Source: PVC group bacterium (lineage in GTDB: Bacteria > Verrucomicrobiota > Kiritimatiellia > PWTM01). From it: DNA of 64,000 nt. Shown one piece after another: positions 1-10,836 of the stretch. Under the pieces are notes generated by a model. That model did not search any database. It worked only from the letters and a program-made list of their open reading frames with translations, and was not told where the DNA came from. Numbering within the stretch: the first letter of the stretch is position 1; the number at the start of each line of letters is the position of its first letter. The stretch spans positions 18,385 to 82,384 of the forward strand of contig PWTM01000309.1 of the NCBI GenBank assembly GCA_003563855.1, in the 5' to 3' direction. The translations under genes and the position numbers were made by a program.

Positions 1-526
1 AGTAGAGGCAATCGATGGGGATCAGGCCGATCTCCTGGTCTTCCTTCTTGTTCACCTCGGCCGGGCCGAACCCGCGGCCGATGCGCACGTCCAGCTCCAT
101 CTCCAGCTTGCCGCCGCGGTCCAGCGTCGCGATGTGGTGGTCGGCGTTGAGCACCTCGATCAGGCCGTCGGATTCGATGTCGCCGGCGGTCACTTCGCCG
201 GGCCCCTTGGCGCGCAGGCGAAGGCGGCGTGCCTCGCGGGTATGTGCCTTGAGCAGGACCTTCTTGAGATTGAGGATGATGTCGGTCACGTCCTCGACGA
301 CGCCGGGCAGCGAGCAGAACTCGTGCATGGCGCCCTCGATGCGCACCGCGTAGATGGACGCCCCCTCGATCGAGGAGAGCAGCACGCGGCGGAGTGCGTT
401 CCCGATCGTGCGGCCGTAACCGGCCTCAAAGGCCTCGGCTTCGTAGCGGCCGTAGAGCGGGTCGGCCCCGTCGTCCTTCTTCGCGACGAGGCGCGGCATT
501 TCGAATCGGGCAATACGGATCGGCAT
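1..526 (-). CDS. rpoA: DNA-directed RNA polymerase alpha subunit, N-terminal part (3' end runs off window)
   Basis: Manual translation of the reverse complement from ATG at 526 gives MPIRIARFEMPRLVAKKDDGADPLYGRYEAEAFEAGYGRTIGNALRRVLLSS..., typical of the alpha N-terminal domain. A GGGAGGAAG RBS lies upstream. The ORF has no stop in the window, so it is absent from the ORF track. Confidence 0.85.
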   Translation of the reverse strand, partial: MPIRIARFEMPRLVAKKDDGADPLYGRYEAEAFEAGYGRTIGNALRRVLLSSIEGASIYAVRIEGAMHEFCSLPGVVEDVTDIILNLKKVLLKAHTREARRLRLRAKGPGEVTAGDIESDGLIEVLNADHHIATLDRGGKLEMELDVRIGRGFGPAEVNKKEDQEIGLIPIDCLY

Positions 527-624
527 CGGTCTTCCTCCCAGGACCGGTCGTCAGCCGGCCCGTATGGTGGTACGTCGCGCGACGCCCCCGCGGCGTCCGC
601 GCGCCCGCCTCCGGCGGGGTTGGC

Positions 625-1251
625 TTACTTCGAGTACAGCTCGACTACGCGCTGCTCGTTCACGATCGGGGCGATCTCGTCGCGGGTCGGCAGGTGAAGC
701 ACCTCGCCGCGGAAGGCGGTCTTGTCGAGCGCCAGCCATGGGGCGATCCCGCGAGCCTCGGCGCTTTCCATCCCCGGCTGTGCGAGCGCACGGCTGTTCT
801 CCCGCTCCCGGACCTGCACCGCATCGCCGGCCTTCAGCCGCATCGAGGGAATCGTCGCCTTGCGCCCATTGACGCAGACGTGCCCGTGGCGGACGAACTG
901 GCGGGCGGCGGCGCGCGAAGACGCGAAGCCGAGGCGGTGCACGATCGAGTCGAGCCGCATCTCGAGCATCTGCAGGAGCACTTCGCCGGTCACGCCGCGG
1001 CGGGCGAGCGCCTTGTCGAAGAAGAAATGGAACTGCCCCTCCTGCATGCCATACATGCGGCGGAGGCGCTGCTTCTCGCGCAACTGCGCGCCGTAGTCGG
1101 AGAGCTTGCGGCGCCGCTGCCCGTGCACGCCCGGCGGGGGACGGCCGGTCTGCACCGGGCACTTGGCCATGAAACAGCGGTCGCCCTTGAGGAAGAGCTG
1201 CATGCCCTCCCGGCGGCACATTCTGCAAACGGGTCCCGTGTATCTGCCCAT
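625..1251 (-). CDS. rpsD: 30S ribosomal protein S4
   Basis: The 625..1530 ORF contains MGRYTGPVCRMCRREGMQLFLKGDRC...VELYSK. Start set at in-frame ATG 1251, which has a GGAGAGGA RBS. The 5' 93 codons of the track ORF are read-through. Confidence 0.93.
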   Translation of the reverse strand: MGRYTGPVCRMCRREGMQLFLKGDRCFMAKCPVQTGRPPPGVHGQRRRKLSDYGAQLREKQRLRRMYGMQEGQFHFFFDKALARRGVTGEVLLQMLEMRLDSIVHRLGFASSRAAARQFVRHGHVCVNGRKATIPSMRLKAGDAVQVRERENSRALAQPGMESAEARGIAPWLALDKTAFRGEVLHLPTRDEIAPIVNEQRVVELYSK

Positions 1252-1283
1252 CGTCCTCTCCTGAGCCCTTTCTTCCGGCCGTC

Positions 1284-1919
1284 CTAGACGCGCCGCCGCT
1301 TCGGCGGGCGGCATCCGTTGTGCGGCACCGGCGTGACGTCGCGAATCGAGGTGACCGTCAACCCAATGGACTGGAGCGCGCGGATCGCCGATTCGCGGCC
1401 TGCGCCCGGCCCCTGCACGCAGACCTCGACCTCGCGCAGGCCGACGTTGCTCATCGCCGCGCGCGCGGCCTCCTGGGCGACCATGGTCGCGGCGTAGGCC
1501 GTGCTCTTGCGCGAGCCCTTGAAGCCGCACTTCCCGCCCGAACTCCAGGCGAGCGTCGCGCCGCGCGGATCGGTGATCGTCACCTTCGTGTTGTTGAAGG
1601 TCGCGTGGACATACACCACGCCGGTGGGAATCGCGCGGCCGCCCTTGCCACGGAACTTTCGGGGTTTCGCTGCCTCGGCGTCGGCCCCGGCCGCTTCCGC
1701 GGCGCCCTCGCCCCCGGCCGGGGCGGTGTCCGCCGCGGCCGGCGCAGCCGCGGGCTTCGCGGCCGCCTCGTCCCCTGGCTTGGCGGGCGCCTCCGCTGCA
1801 GGCGCGGCGGGCGGCTCGGCCGCGGCGGGCGCGGGCGTCCCTTCGGTCGGCCGCTTGGCGGCCTCGCCGCTCTCCGACGGAGGCGCCTTCTTCGGTTCGT
1901 TTGCGGTGTCTTCTGCCAT
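1284..1919 (-). CDS. rpsK: 30S ribosomal protein S11 with a ~85-aa Ala/Pro/Glu-rich N-terminal extension
   Basis: C-terminal 125 aa ([57 protein letters not shown]...) is canonical S11. Start taken at ATG 1919 ([11 protein letters not shown]) so the gene does not overlap rpsM. ATG 2000 is an alternative. Confidence 0.85.
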   Translation of the reverse strand: MAEDTANEPKKAPPSESGEAAKRPTEGTPAPAAAEPPAAPAAEAPAKPGDEAAAKPAAAPAAADTAPAGGEGAAEAAGADAEAAKPRKFRGKGGRAIPTGVVYVHATFNNTKVTITDPRGATLAWSSGGKCGFKGSRKSTAYAATMVAQEAARAAMSNVGLREVEVCVQGPGAGRESAIRALQSIGLTVTSIRDVTPVPHNGCRPPKRRRV

Positions 1920-1950
1920 CGTCCGAATCCCCTGTTCCTGCGACTGCGCC

Positions 1951-2352
1951 TCAGGCGCCGGTCTTCGCCGCCGCTCGCGCCGCCTTGCCCCGCACCGCAC
2001 CGACCGTGCGACGTGGTCCCTTGCGCGTCCGCGCGTTGGTCTTCGTGCGCTGGCCGCGCACCGGCAGCCCGCGGCGGTGCCGCATGCCCCGGTAGCTCGC
2101 GACCGACATGAGCCGGCGGATATTCTGCGAAACTTCGCGCCGAAGGTCGCCCTCGATCCGGTAGTCCTGCTGCAGGATCGCAGCGAGCTGCGTAATCTGC
2201 TCGCCGGTCAGGTCATCGGCCTTCGTCGCCGGATCGATCCCGGCCTTCGCCACGATCGCGCGACCGCGCGCGGGCCCGATGCCGTAGATGTACCGCAGCG
2301 CGTACTCGAGCCGCTTCTTCCCCGGAATCTCGATGCCAAGCACTCTGGGCAT
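1951..2352 (-). CDS. rpsM: 30S ribosomal protein S13
   Basis: [30 protein letters not shown]...; operon position. Confidence 0.93.
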   Translation of the reverse strand: MPRVLGIEIPGKKRLEYALRYIYGIGPARGRAIVAKAGIDPATKADDLTGEQITQLAAILQQDYRIEGDLRREVSQNIRRLMSVASYRGMRHRRGLPVRGQRTKTNARTRKGPRRTVGAVRGKAARAAAKTGA

Positions 2353-2367
2353 AGTCCTACGTCTCCC

Positions 2368-2481
2368 TTATCCCTGCCGCTGCTTGTGCCGCGGGTTCGT
2401 GCAGATCACCCGGACGACGCCCTTGCGCCGGATGACCTTGCACCGCTCACACATTCGTCGGACCGAACTGCGCACCTTCAT
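2368..2481 (-). CDS. rpmJ: 50S ribosomal protein L36
   Basis: Not in the ORF track. Manual translation gives [37 protein letters not shown] (37 aa). It sits between rpsM and infA as expected. Confidence 0.85.
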   Translation of the reverse strand: MKVRSSVRRMCERCKVIRRKGVVRVICTNPRHKQRQG

Positions 2482-2493
2482 CGTCCTTCTCCG

Positions 2494-2706
2494 TCATCCC
2501 GCCGAAACGATCCGTCCCTTCGACAGGTCGCAGGGCGAAAACTCGACCTGCACCCGGCGTCCCGAGGCCGGCCTTTCCGCCGGCTCCGGGTCGCGCCCGG
2601 CCAGGAAGGCCGTAAAACGGTGCCCGTTTTCGAGTTCCGCCACAAAAGCCCGCTTAGCTAACATACGTACCACCCGGGCGTCCAGCACAAAACGTTCATC
2701 CGTCAC
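2494..2706 (-). CDS. infA: translation initiation factor IF-1 (divergent)
   Basis: AELENGHRFTAFLAGR...VQVEFSPCDLSKGRIV matches the IF-1 S1-like fold motifs. Start is uncertain; an internal Met at 2667 is possible. Confidence 0.7.
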   Translation of the reverse strand: MTDERFVLDARVVRMLAKRAFVAELENGHRFTAFLAGRDPEPAERPASGRRVQVEFSPCDLSKGRIVSAG

Positions 2707-3454
2707 CGCCCGACTCCGTCAGGATCTCCGCCCCGGCCTCGCCCACCGCCACGGTGTGCTCGAAGTGCGCCGAGGGCTGGCCGTCGCGCGTGACCACGGT
2801 CCACCCGTCGCCGAGCACCGTGACGTCCCCAGCGCCGCGGTTCAGCATCGGCTCGATCGCCAGCGTCATACCGGGACGAAGCGTCGGGCCCCGGCCCGGC
2901 GCGCCGAAATTCGGAATCTGCGGCTCCTCGTGCATCGCCCGCCCGATCCCGTGCCCGACGAAGTCGCGGACGACCGAAAACCCGGCCGCCTTCGCCGTCG
3001 ACTCGATCGCATGCGAAAGATCCGAAACCCGCGCGCCGGGCCGCGCGGCCGCGACGGCCGCCTCCAGCGCCTGCCGCGCCACATCGACCAGCCGTATCGC
3101 TTCCACGTCGGAGACGCCAACCATGACCGTCGTTGCCGTATCGCCGACGAACCCGTCGAAAACCACCCCCACGTCCAGGCTGACCAGGTCGCCCATCCGG
3201 ATGCGCCGCGCACCCGGCACCCCGTGGACAACCTCTTCGTTCACCGACGCGCAGATGTGTCCCGGGTACCCCCGGTAGCCCTTGAACGCGCTGCGCGCCC
3301 CGTACTCCCGGATCAACTCCGCCGCCAGCGCGTCCAGGTCGCCGGTCGTCACTCCCGGCCGCGTCTCCGCGGCAATCCGATCGCGGACCGACGCCGCGAT
3401 GCGGTTGCTGCGTCGCATCCGGTCGAGGTCGGCCGGTGACTTGATCGGGATCAT
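2696..3454 (-). CDS. map: type I methionine aminopeptidase
   Basis: MIPIKSPADLDRMRRSNRIAA...FVGHGIGRAMHEEPQIPNF...HFEHTVAV. The upstream 65 codons of the track ORF overlap adk and are not coding. Confidence 0.88.
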   Translation of the reverse strand: MIPIKSPADLDRMRRSNRIAASVRDRIAAETRPGVTTGDLDALAAELIREYGARSAFKGYRGYPGHICASVNEEVVHGVPGARRIRMGDLVSLDVGVVFDGFVGDTATTVMVGVSDVEAIRLVDVARQALEAAVAAARPGARVSDLSHAIESTAKAAGFSVVRDFVGHGIGRAMHEEPQIPNFGAPGRGPTLRPGMTLAIEPMLNRGAGDVTVLGDGWTVVTRDGQPSAHFEHTVAVGEAGAEILTESGGDG

Positions 3455-4107
3455 GCCTCCGGCGGGGGGACGTGCGCCAGGATGCGATCGCGCGTCTCCT
3501 CGCGCGCCCCCGCGGCCGGAACCTCGACCAGCACGTTCTGGCGGCGGTACACCTCGATGAGTCCTTCCGTCTGGCGCCGGTAGACCGCCAGGCGGTTGCG
3601 CACGGTCGCCTCGGTGTCGTCCGGTCGCTGCACGGTCTCCCCGCCGCACCGGTCGCAGACGCCGTCGACTTTCGTCGGGATGTTCCGCACGTGGTAGACC
3701 GCGCCGCAGGCACGGCAGATGCGCCGCCCCGCGAGGCGGTCGACCAGCACCTCTTCCGGAACCTCGAGCTGAAAGACCGCGCAGAGCCGCCCGCCGACGT
3801 CGCGCAGTACCGTTTCGAGACCGCTGGCCTGGGCTTCCGTGCGGGGGAAACCGTCGAAGAGGTAGCGCGCGTTCTTCGCGCCCGCGGCGAGCCGCTCGCG
3901 GACGATCCCGAGGATCACCTCGTCCGGCACCAGCTCCCCCTTCTCCATGTAGCTCTTCGCCTCGAGCCCGACCGGGGAGCCGGCCTTGACGGCCTCGCGC
4001 AACATGTCGCCCGTCGAGACGTGCTGCAGCCCCGTCGATTCCGTCAGCATCGAGGCCACCGTTCCTTTGCCCGCACCCGGCGCGCCCAGCAGAATGAATG
4101 CGTCCAT
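3451..4107 (-). CDS. adk: adenylate kinase
   Basis: MDAFILLGAPGAGKGT P-loop. CRACG...CDRCG zinc lid. Start ATG at 4107 confirmed in sequence. Confidence 0.9.
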   Translation of the reverse strand: MDAFILLGAPGAGKGTVASMLTESTGLQHVSTGDMLREAVKAGSPVGLEAKSYMEKGELVPDEVILGIVRERLAAGAKNARYLFDGFPRTEAQASGLETVLRDVGGRLCAVFQLEVPEEVLVDRLAGRRICRACGAVYHVRNIPTKVDGVCDRCGGETVQRPDDTEATVRNRLAVYRRQTEGLIEVYRRQNVLVEVPAAGAREETRDRILAHVPPPEA

Positions 4108-4124
4108 TGTCCCGTCCCCGTGTC

Positions 4125-5468
4125 CTAGCGCCGCGAGCGCAGTTTGCCCTTCTTCAGGAACCCGTCGTAGTGCCGCATGAGCAGGTGCGACTCCACCTGT
4201 CGCATCGTGTCGAGCATGACGCCCACGATGATCAGCAGGCTCGTACCGCCGAAGAAGGAGCTGACGATCCAGGGCACACCAAACTGGCGGGCCAGGATCA
4301 TCGGCATCACGGCGATGGCCGTCAGAAACACGGCGCCGGCCAGCGTGATCCTCGTCATGGTCCGGTCCAGGAAGTCCGCGGTCGGCCGGCCGGGCCGGAT
4401 CCCGGGCACGTACCCGCCGTACTTCTTGAGGTCGTCGGCGATCTGGACGGGGTTGAACTGGGTGGCGACCCAGAAGTAGGAGAAGAAGAGAATCAGCAGC
4501 GCGTAGAGGGCGGTGTGCAGCGGGGTTCCGTAGTCGACCTGCGCGGCCATGCTGCGGCCGACGGCGCCCATCCGGCGCAGGATCTGGGGCGGGAACATCA
4601 GCAGCGCGGAGGCGAAGATGATCGGCATGACGCCGGCGTAGTTCACGCGCAACGGCATGTAGGTGCTCTGTCCGCCGTAGACCTTGCGGCCGACCACCCG
4701 CTTGGCGTACTGCACGGGGATCTTGCGCTGCGCCTGCGTCACGGCGACGACGGCGGCGACGACGAGGAAGATCAGCACCAGCAGACCGACGAGGTGGAAG
4801 ACGTTGAACTGGGCCACCCCGTCCACCCGGCGGAACATCTGCACCAGCGCCTGGATCGCGCCGGGCAGCCGGCTGACGATACTGACGGTGATGATCAGCG
4901 AGATGCCGTTGCCGATGCCCCGTTCCGTCATCTGCTCGCCGAGCCACATCAGCAGCATCGTGCCCGTGGTCAGGGTAATGACGGTCAGTACGACGAACGG
5001 CACGGGGGCCATGAAGACGATGGGGCGATCGATGCCGAAGGTCGCCGGGTTACGGAGGCCGACGGCCATCACGCCTCCCTGGACGATGCAGAGGGCGACG
5101 GTCAGGTACCGGGTGTACTGTGTGATCTTCTGCCGCCCGCTCTCGCCCTCGCGGGCGAGCCGCTCGAGCGCGGGGACGACCGCCGTCATGAGCTGGAGGA
5201 TGATCGAGGCGCTGATGTAGGGCATGATGCCGAGCGCGCCGACGGCGGCCCGTTCGAAGGCCCCCCCGCTGAAGAGGTCGTAGAGCGCAAGAAACCCGCC
5301 CCCTGCCCGGTGGTGGATATCGGCGATCACCTCGCGCAGCGCCACCGCATCGACCCCGGGCGTCGGGACCATCGCGACGATCCGCGTCGCGAAGACCAGC
5401 CCGAGCGTGAAGAGGATGCGCTGCCGCAGCTCGGGGATCTTCAGGCTGTTGGTAAAGGCGGAGAGCAT
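4125..5468 (-). CDS. secY: preprotein translocase subunit SecY
   Basis: 447-aa polytopic membrane protein with canonical SecY motifs (GIMPYISASII..., NGISLII). Confidence 0.93.
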   Translation of the reverse strand: MLSAFTNSLKIPELRQRILFTLGLVFATRIVAMVPTPGVDAVALREVIADIHHRAGGGFLALYDLFSGGAFERAAVGALGIMPYISASIILQLMTAVVPALERLAREGESGRQKITQYTRYLTVALCIVQGGVMAVGLRNPATFGIDRPIVFMAPVPFVVLTVITLTTGTMLLMWLGEQMTERGIGNGISLIITVSIVSRLPGAIQALVQMFRRVDGVAQFNVFHLVGLLVLIFLVVAAVVAVTQAQRKIPVQYAKRVVGRKVYGGQSTYMPLRVNYAGVMPIIFASALLMFPPQILRRMGAVGRSMAAQVDYGTPLHTALYALLILFFSYFWVATQFNPVQIADDLKKYGGYVPGIRPGRPTADFLDRTMTRITLAGAVFLTAIAVMPMILARQFGVPWIVSSFFGGTSLLIIVGVMLDTMRQVESHLLMRHYDGFLKKGKLRSRR

Positions 5469-5484
5469 GATCGACCGTCCCGGT

Positions 5485-5928
5485 TCAGTCCTTGACTACG
5501 GTGCAGGTTCCGCCGGCCGCCTCGATCTTCGCGCGGGCGGCGCTGCTGAAGGCGTGCGCCTTGACCTCGAGGCGACGGGTGATTTCGCCCTGCGCGAGGA
5601 TCTTGACCGGGCCGGCGCCGCAGGCCAGGCCGGCCGCCCGGAGCGTCGCGGGCGAAACCTCCGTCCCGGCCTCGAACGCCTCGAGGGCGCCGACGTTGAC
5701 CGGCAGGTAGACCGTGCCGAACGCCTGGTTGAACCCGCGTTTCGGCAGGCGGCGGATCAACGGCATCTGGCCGCCTTCAAACGTCGGCCGCGTCTTGCTG
5801 CCGGCGCGCGCATGCTGGCCCTTGTGGCCCCGGCCGGCCGTCTTGCCCCACCCCGATGACTCGCCGCGACCGACGCGCTGCGTGCGCTTCCGGCTGCCGG
5901 GATTGCTCTTCAATGCGTGAAGCTTCAT
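5485..5928 (-). CDS. rplO: 50S ribosomal protein L15
   Basis: MKLHALKSNPGSRKRTQRVGRGESSGWGKTAGRGHKGQ... Confidence 0.93.
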   Translation of the reverse strand: MKLHALKSNPGSRKRTQRVGRGESSGWGKTAGRGHKGQHARAGSKTRPTFEGGQMPLIRRLPKRGFNQAFGTVYLPVNVGALEAFEAGTEVSPATLRAAGLACGAGPVKILAQGEITRRLEVKAHAFSSAARAKIEAAGGTCTVVKD

Positions 5929-5946
5929 GGCGATTCCCCGGCCGCC

Positions 5947-6465
5947 TCAGGCGACGGCGCTGCGCAGCGCCTTCACGTCCTCGTAGCGGCGAAGCTGGTT
6001 GAGCGCCTCGACGGTGGCGCGCGTGACATTCAGCGGGCTGTCGCTGCCCATGGACTTGGCGAGCACATCGCGGACGCCGGCCAGCTCGAGCACGGCCCGG
6101 ACGGCGCCGCCGGCGATGACGCCGGTCCCCTCGGAGGCGGGCTTCAGCAGGACGCGCCCGCCGGCATAGCGGCCGATGACCTCGTGCGGGATTGTCCGCC
6201 CCTTGAGCGTGACGGGGAAGAGCCCGCGTCGGGCCAGCTCGCCGCCTTTGCGGATCGCCTCGGCCACCTCGTTGGCCTTGCCGAGCGCGAAGCCTACCCG
6301 GCCCTTGCGGTCGCCGACGATGACCAGCGAGCTGAAACTGAAGCGGCGGCCGCCCTTGACCACCTTCGAGCAACGGTTGACGAAAACCACGCGCTCCTCG
6401 AGGTCGCCCTCCTGGGGCGTGCGCTCGCGGCGGCCTCTCGGTTCTCTTGTACTGCGTCTCTGCAC
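5947..6465 (-). CDS. rpsE: 30S ribosomal protein S5 (no L30 gene between it and L15)
   Basis: [33 protein letters not shown]... Only 18 nt separate it from rplO. Confidence 0.93.
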   Translation of the reverse strand: MQRRSTREPRGRRERTPQEGDLEERVVFVNRCSKVVKGGRRFSFSSLVIVGDRKGRVGFALGKANEVAEAIRKGGELARRGLFPVTLKGRTIPHEVIGRYAGGRVLLKPASEGTGVIAGGAVRAVLELAGVRDVLAKSMGSDSPLNVTRATVEALNQLRRYEDVKALRSAVA

Positions 6466-6484
6466 GGGATTTCTCCTTGCCGTC

Positions 6485-6847
6485 TCAGAACTTCAGGCCC
6501 GCTTGTCGGGCCGCCTCGGCCAGCGCGGCGATCCGGCCGCCGTAGCGGAAGCCGCCGCGATCGAAGACGACGGTCTCGATGCCCTGCGCGCGCGCCGCCT
6601 CGGCGGCCAGCCGCCCCAGGGCGCGGGCCGTCTCGAGGGTCGGATGCCCCCCCTGCGCGCGCAGCGGTTCGGACTGCGTCGAGACGGCCGCCAGCGTGCG
6701 GGCGGCCATGTCGTCGATAAACTGCACGTAGATATGGCGCTGGCTCACGAAAACGCTCATGCGCGGGCGCTCCGCGGTGCCGCGAATCTTGCGGCGCAGG
6801 CGCAGGTGCCGGCGCACGCGGTATTCCTGTTTCGTCCTCGGTCTCAT
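6485..6847 (-). CDS. rplR: 50S ribosomal protein L18
   Basis: [41 protein letters not shown]... Confidence 0.92.
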   Translation of the reverse strand: MRPRTKQEYRVRRHLRLRRKIRGTAERPRMSVFVSQRHIYVQFIDDMAARTLAAVSTQSEPLRAQGGHPTLETARALGRLAAEAARAQGIETVVFDRGGFRYGGRIAALAEAARQAGLKF

Positions 6848-6849
6848 GG

Positions 6850-7386
6850 TCAGGCCACCGTCTTCCCGGCTTTACGCCGCACTTGCTCATCCCGGTATCG
6901 CACGCCCTTGCCCTTGTACGGCTCGGCCGGGGAAAAGCCCCGGATGCGCGCGCTTACGTCGCCCACCTGCTGCTTGTCGGCCCCCGAGACGGTCAGGTGC
7001 GTCGCGTCGGGCGCCGTCACCGTCACCCCCTCCGGCACCGCGAACTCGATCGGGTGCGAGAACCCCAGGTTCAGGACGAGCGATTGGCCCTGGACCTGGG
7101 CGCGGTAGCCAACCCCCTGGATCTCGAGCGAACGCTCGAACCCGCGGGTCACGCCCTCGACCATGTTCGCGATCAGACTCCGCGCGGTGCCGTGCATCGC
7201 CCGAAGCTCCGACGTCTCCGCCGCCCGCTCGACCGTGAGCTGGGCGCCCTCCTGCCGCACCGTGATCCCTTCCGGGCACCGCCAGCTCCGCTCGCCCTTC
7301 GGCCCACGCACTGTCACCGCGGATCCCTCGATCGCAACGGTCACCCCCGCGGGAACGGGAATCGGTTTCTTCCCCACTCTCGACAT
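6850..7386 (-). CDS. rplF: 50S ribosomal protein L6
   Basis: MSRVGKKPIPVPAGVTV...YKGKGVRY. Confidence 0.93.
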   Translation of the reverse strand: MSRVGKKPIPVPAGVTVAIEGSAVTVRGPKGERSWRCPEGITVRQEGAQLTVERAAETSELRAMHGTARSLIANMVEGVTRGFERSLEIQGVGYRAQVQGQSLVLNLGFSHPIEFAVPEGVTVTAPDATHLTVSGADKQQVGDVSARIRGFSPAEPYKGKGVRYRDEQVRRKAGKTVA

Positions 7387-7423
7387 GATCGCTTCCTCGC
7401 TGCACCGGCCCCGGGGGCCGCGC

Positions 7424-7822
7424 TTACCAGACCTGACAAAGCACCTCGCCGCCGACCCGCGCGCGCCGGGCCTCGCGGTCGGTCATGAGCCCGGAGGACG
7501 TGGTCAGAATCGCCACACCGATCCCATGCAAAACGCGCGGCACGCGGTCGGCGCCGACATAGTCGCGCCGGCCCGGCCGGCTCACCCGCCGCAACCCCTG
7601 GATCACCGGCTGCTCATCGGCGGTGTACTTCAGCCGCACCTGGAGCGCCCGCTTCGCCCCTTCGCCCTCGACGCCAAAGCCGGCGATGAACCCCTCGCGC
7701 TCGAGGAGCCGGGCGATCTCGCGCTTCATCCGCGAGTAGGGCATGCGCACTTCCGGCTGCCGCGCGGCGCTCCCGTTGCGAATGCGCGTCAGCATGTCCG
7801 CGATCGGATCCGAACCACTCAT
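7424..7822 (-). CDS. rpsH: 30S ribosomal protein S8
   Basis: DPIADMLTRIRNGSAARQ... Confidence 0.93.
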   Translation of the reverse strand: MSGSDPIADMLTRIRNGSAARQPEVRMPYSRMKREIARLLEREGFIAGFGVEGEGAKRALQVRLKYTADEQPVIQGLRRVSRPGRRDYVGADRVPRVLHGIGVAILTTSSGLMTDREARRARVGGEVLCQVW

Positions 7823-7843
7823 CCGTAAACCTCCGCCCGCCGG

Positions 7844-8029
7844 CTACCAGCTCGCCTTGATCACGCCCGGCAGCTTGCCCTGCGAGGCCAGCTCCCGGAA
7901 GCAGATCCGGCACATTTCGAACTTCTGCATGTACGCGCGGCGCCGCCCGCACCGGGAACACCGGCGCACGCGCCGGACCGGGAACTTCGGGGTCCGCTTC
8001 GCCTTCGCTATCCACGATTTCTTCGCCAA
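7844..8029 (-). CDS. rpsZ: 30S ribosomal protein S14, zinc-binding type Z
   Basis: 61 aa with [23 protein letters not shown], a C4 zinc ribbon. Confidence 0.9.
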   Translation of the reverse strand: MAKKSWIAKAKRTPKFPVRRVRRCSRCGRRRAYMQKFEMCRICFRELASQGKLPGVIKASW

Positions 8030-8048
8030 GGTCTGTTCCTCCGGTCCG

Positions 8049-8606
8049 CTACCGCGCGAACGGCATCCCGAGGAGGCGGAGCAATTCCTGCGCCTCCCCG
8101 TCCGTGCCGGCCGTCGTTACGAACGTGATATCCATCCCCTGCACCCGCTTGACCCGGTCCGGGTCGATCTCGGGGAAGATCGACTGCTCCTTCACGCCCA
8201 GCGTGTAGTTGCCTGACCCGTCGAAACTGCGCGGGGAGATGCCGCGGAAGTCCCGGATACGCGGGAGGGCGGTATTCACGAGGCGATCGAGAAACTCGTA
8301 CATGCGCGCGCCGCGCAGCGTGACCTTCGCGCCCACGGGCATGCCCTGCCGGAGCTTGAAGTTCGAAATGCTCTTGCGCGCCTTCGTCACGATCGGTCGC
8401 TGGCCGGTGATCCGGGCCAGGTCGTCGGTCACGGCCTTGAGCGCATCGCGATCGACGTCGGTGCTGACGCCGATGTTGACCACGATGCGGGTCAGGCGCG
8501 GAATCTGCATCGCATTGGCGTAGCCCCGGCTCTCGCGCAGGGCCGCCTGCACCTTCGTTCGATAGTGCTCACTCAGTCGCGCCGTCATCGTCGTTGCTTC
8601 CTTCAT
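8049..8606 (-). CDS. rplE: 50S ribosomal protein L5
   Basis: [25 protein letters not shown]... An alternative start at MTARL (8588) is possible. Confidence 0.92.
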   Translation of the reverse strand: MKEATTMTARLSEHYRTKVQAALRESRGYANAMQIPRLTRIVVNIGVSTDVDRDALKAVTDDLARITGQRPIVTKARKSISNFKLRQGMPVGAKVTLRGARMYEFLDRLVNTALPRIRDFRGISPRSFDGSGNYTLGVKEQSIFPEIDPDRVKRVQGMDITFVTTAGTDGEAQELLRLLGMPFAR

Positions 8607-8627
8607 GCCAGCCCCGGGGCGTGTCCC

Positions 8628-8876
8628 CTACTCCGTCGCCTTGTCCACGCGGCGGAGGTTGGACACCGCCATGGGCGCCTCCCGTTCCACGATGCCGCCC
8701 TGCGGGTTGTCCTGGCTCTTGCGCATGTGCTTCTTGACCGTGTGCAGCCCCTCGACGATGGCGCGTCCCTCGCGAGGCAGCACGCGCAGCACCTTGCCGC
8801 GCTTGCCCTTGTCGGCCCCCGCGATGGCGACCACCGTGTCCCCGCGACGGAGGCGGCATTTTGCGCGCGCGGCCAT
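8628..8876 (-). CDS. rplX: 50S ribosomal protein L24
   Basis: The last 82 aa of the 8628..9182 ORF ([32 protein letters not shown]...) are L24. The 5' part overlaps rplN out of frame. Confidence 0.88.
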   Translation of the reverse strand: MAARAKCRLRRGDTVVAIAGADKGKRGKVLRVLPREGRAIVEGLHTVKKHMRKSQDNPQGGIVEREAPMAVSNLRRVDKATE

Positions 8877-9241
8877 CACACCACCTCCGGGGCCAGCGAG
8901 ATGATCTTCATGAAATTCTTCTCCCGCAGTTCGCGCGCGACCGGTCCGAAGATGCGCGAACCGCGCGGGTTCATCTGGTCGTCGACCAGCACCACGGCGT
9001 TGTGGTCGAAGCGCAGCGAGGACCCGTCTGCCCGGGGAATCGGGTAGCACGTGCGCACCACGATTGCCTTGTGCACCTCGCCCTTCTTGACCGCCCCGCG
9101 AGGCTGGGCCTCCTTGACCGACACACGGATCAGGTCCCCGATCCGCGCGTAGCGGCGGCGGTGGCCGAGTACGCGGATACACTGCGCGCGCTGCGCGCCG
9201 GTGTTGTCGGCCACGTCCAGGTTGGTCAGCACCCCGATCAT
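8876..9241 (-). CDS. rplN: 50S ribosomal protein L14
   Basis: [26 protein letters not shown]... Confidence 0.93.
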   Translation of the reverse strand: MIGVLTNLDVADNTGAQRAQCIRVLGHRRRYARIGDLIRVSVKEAQPRGAVKKGEVHKAIVVRTCYPIPRADGSSLRFDHNAVVLVDDQMNPRGSRIFGPVARELREKNFMKIISLAPEVV

Positions 9242-9537
9242 GACGCGGTCTCCCCGGCCGGCGCCGCAGCCGAACGCACGACCTCGAGCAGCCGCCAGCG
9301 CTTGAGCCGGCTCATGGGACGCGTCTCGACGACGCGGACCTCGTCGCCCACCCGCGCCCGATTCTCGGGATCGTGCACGTGCAGCCGCGTAAACCGCCGG
9401 ACCACCTTGCCGAGCAGGGGATGCCGGTACCGCCGCTCGACGGCCACGACCACGGTCTTGTCCATCGCGTCGCTCACGACGCGACCCACGCGCTGCTTGC
9501 GGCGTCCGCGTGTTCCGCCGGCACTCGCCTCAGTCAT
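9238..9537 (-). CDS. rpsQ: 30S ribosomal protein S17
   Basis: [31 protein letters not shown]... Confidence 0.92.
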   Translation of the reverse strand: MTEASAGGTRGRRKQRVGRVVSDAMDKTVVVAVERRYRHPLLGKVVRRFTRLHVHDPENRARVGDEVRVVETRPMSRLKRWRLLEVVRSAAAPAGETAS

Positions 9538-9733
9538 CGGCCTCTCTCCTGCGCTCGTTCGTCACGGTCCGTACCCGCGCCCGATCCCGCCGCAGCAGGC
9601 GGATGCGGGACGGGTTCTCGACCTGCGCCGTCGCCTGCTGCATCCGCAGGTGGAACAGCTCGCGGTCCACCTCGCGCCCCCGCTGCGCGAGTTCTTCGTC
9701 CGTCAGCTCCCTGAACGTCTTCGCCTTCGTCAT
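9530..9733 (-). CDS. rpmC: 50S ribosomal protein L29
   Basis: [31 protein letters not shown]... Confidence 0.9.
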   Translation of the reverse strand: MTKAKTFRELTDEELAQRGREVDRELFHLRMQQATAQVENPSRIRLLRRDRARVRTVTNERRREADD

Positions 9734-9748
9734 CCCCGGCTCCCCCGC

Positions 9749-10168
9749 TCATGCCCCGGCGTGCCGCTGCAGGAAGCGCGTCGCGATCGGCAGCTTGAAC
9801 GCCGCCAGCCGCATCGCCTCGCGCGCGACCGGTTCGGGCACGCCGTCGATCTCGAACAGTACACGCCCCGGGCGCACCACGGCCACCCAGGCCTCGGTCG
9901 CGCCCTTGCCCTTGCCCATGCGTACTTCCAGCGGCTTCTTCGAGACCGGCTTGTCGGGAAACACGCGGACCCAGAGCCGGCCCTTGCGCTTCGTCGCGCG
10001 GTTGATCGCCACGCGGCAGGCCTCGAGCTGGATGTTCGTGATCCATGCCCGCTCCATCGCCTGGAGCGCGTACGCCCCGAACGCCACGCCGGTCCCGGAT
10101 TGCGCCGTGCCCGCGCGGCTGCCCCGCTGCTGCTTGCGGAACTTAATCCGTTTAGGCATAAGCGGCAT
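9749..10168 (-). CDS. rplP: 50S ribosomal protein L16
   Basis: [17 protein letters not shown]...; start at 10168 or 10159. Confidence 0.92.
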   Translation of the reverse strand: MPLMPKRIKFRKQQRGSRAGTAQSGTGVAFGAYALQAMERAWITNIQLEACRVAINRATKRKGRLWVRVFPDKPVSKKPLEVRMGKGKGATEAWVAVVRPGRVLFEIDGVPEPVAREAMRLAAFKLPIATRFLQRHAGA

Positions 10169-10814
10169 GCGGTCTCTCCTTCTCCTCGGCGGTCGGCGCC
10201 GCGTGACAGATCCAGACCTTGACGCCGATCGTCCCGGCCACGGTCTGCGCCTCGGCGAACCCGTAATCGATGTTCTCGCGCAGCGTATGCAGGGGAACCT
10301 TGCCCTCGCGCAGCCGCTCCTCGCGCGCCAGCTCCGCGCCGCCCAGCCGCCCGCCGAGGTGGATGCGCACGCCCTCGGCCCCCAGCTCCATGGCCATCTG
10401 CGCCGCGCGCTTCGTCGCGCGGCGGAACGAAACCCGGCGCTCGAGCTGCATGGCGATGTTCTCGGCCACCAGTTGCGCGTTCTTGTCCGCGTCGCGGATT
10501 TCCCGGATGTCGAGGTAGATCTCCCGCCCCGTCATCCGCGCGATCTCCTCGCGCAGCGTGTCGATATCCTGCCCCTTGCGCCCGATCACGATACCCGGGC
10601 GAGCCGTCAGGATCGTCAGGCGCGCCCGGTTCGCATAGCGCTCGATCAACACCTCGGGCACGGCGCCGTCCTTGAGCCGGCGCCGCACCAGCGTGCGGAT
10701 GCGGTCGTCTTCCGCGGCGAGCGCGCCGTACCCGCGCTTCCCGGCAATCCAGCGGGACCGCCAGTCCTTGCTCACGGTCACGCGAAGTCCGATCGGATGT
10801 ACTTTCTGGCCCAC
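10152..10814 (-). CDS. rpsC: 30S ribosomal protein S3
   Basis: [29 protein letters not shown]... (KH domain). Confidence 0.93.
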   Translation of the reverse strand: MGQKVHPIGLRVTVSKDWRSRWIAGKRGYGALAAEDDRIRTLVRRRLKDGAVPEVLIERYANRARLTILTARPGIVIGRKGQDIDTLREEIARMTGREIYLDIREIRDADKNAQLVAENIAMQLERRVSFRRATKRAAQMAMELGAEGVRIHLGGRLGGAELAREERLREGKVPLHTLRENIDYGFAEAQTVAGTIGVKVWICHAAPTAEEKERPHAAYA

Positions 10815-10836
10815 GCCGAACTCCTTCCCAACGCCC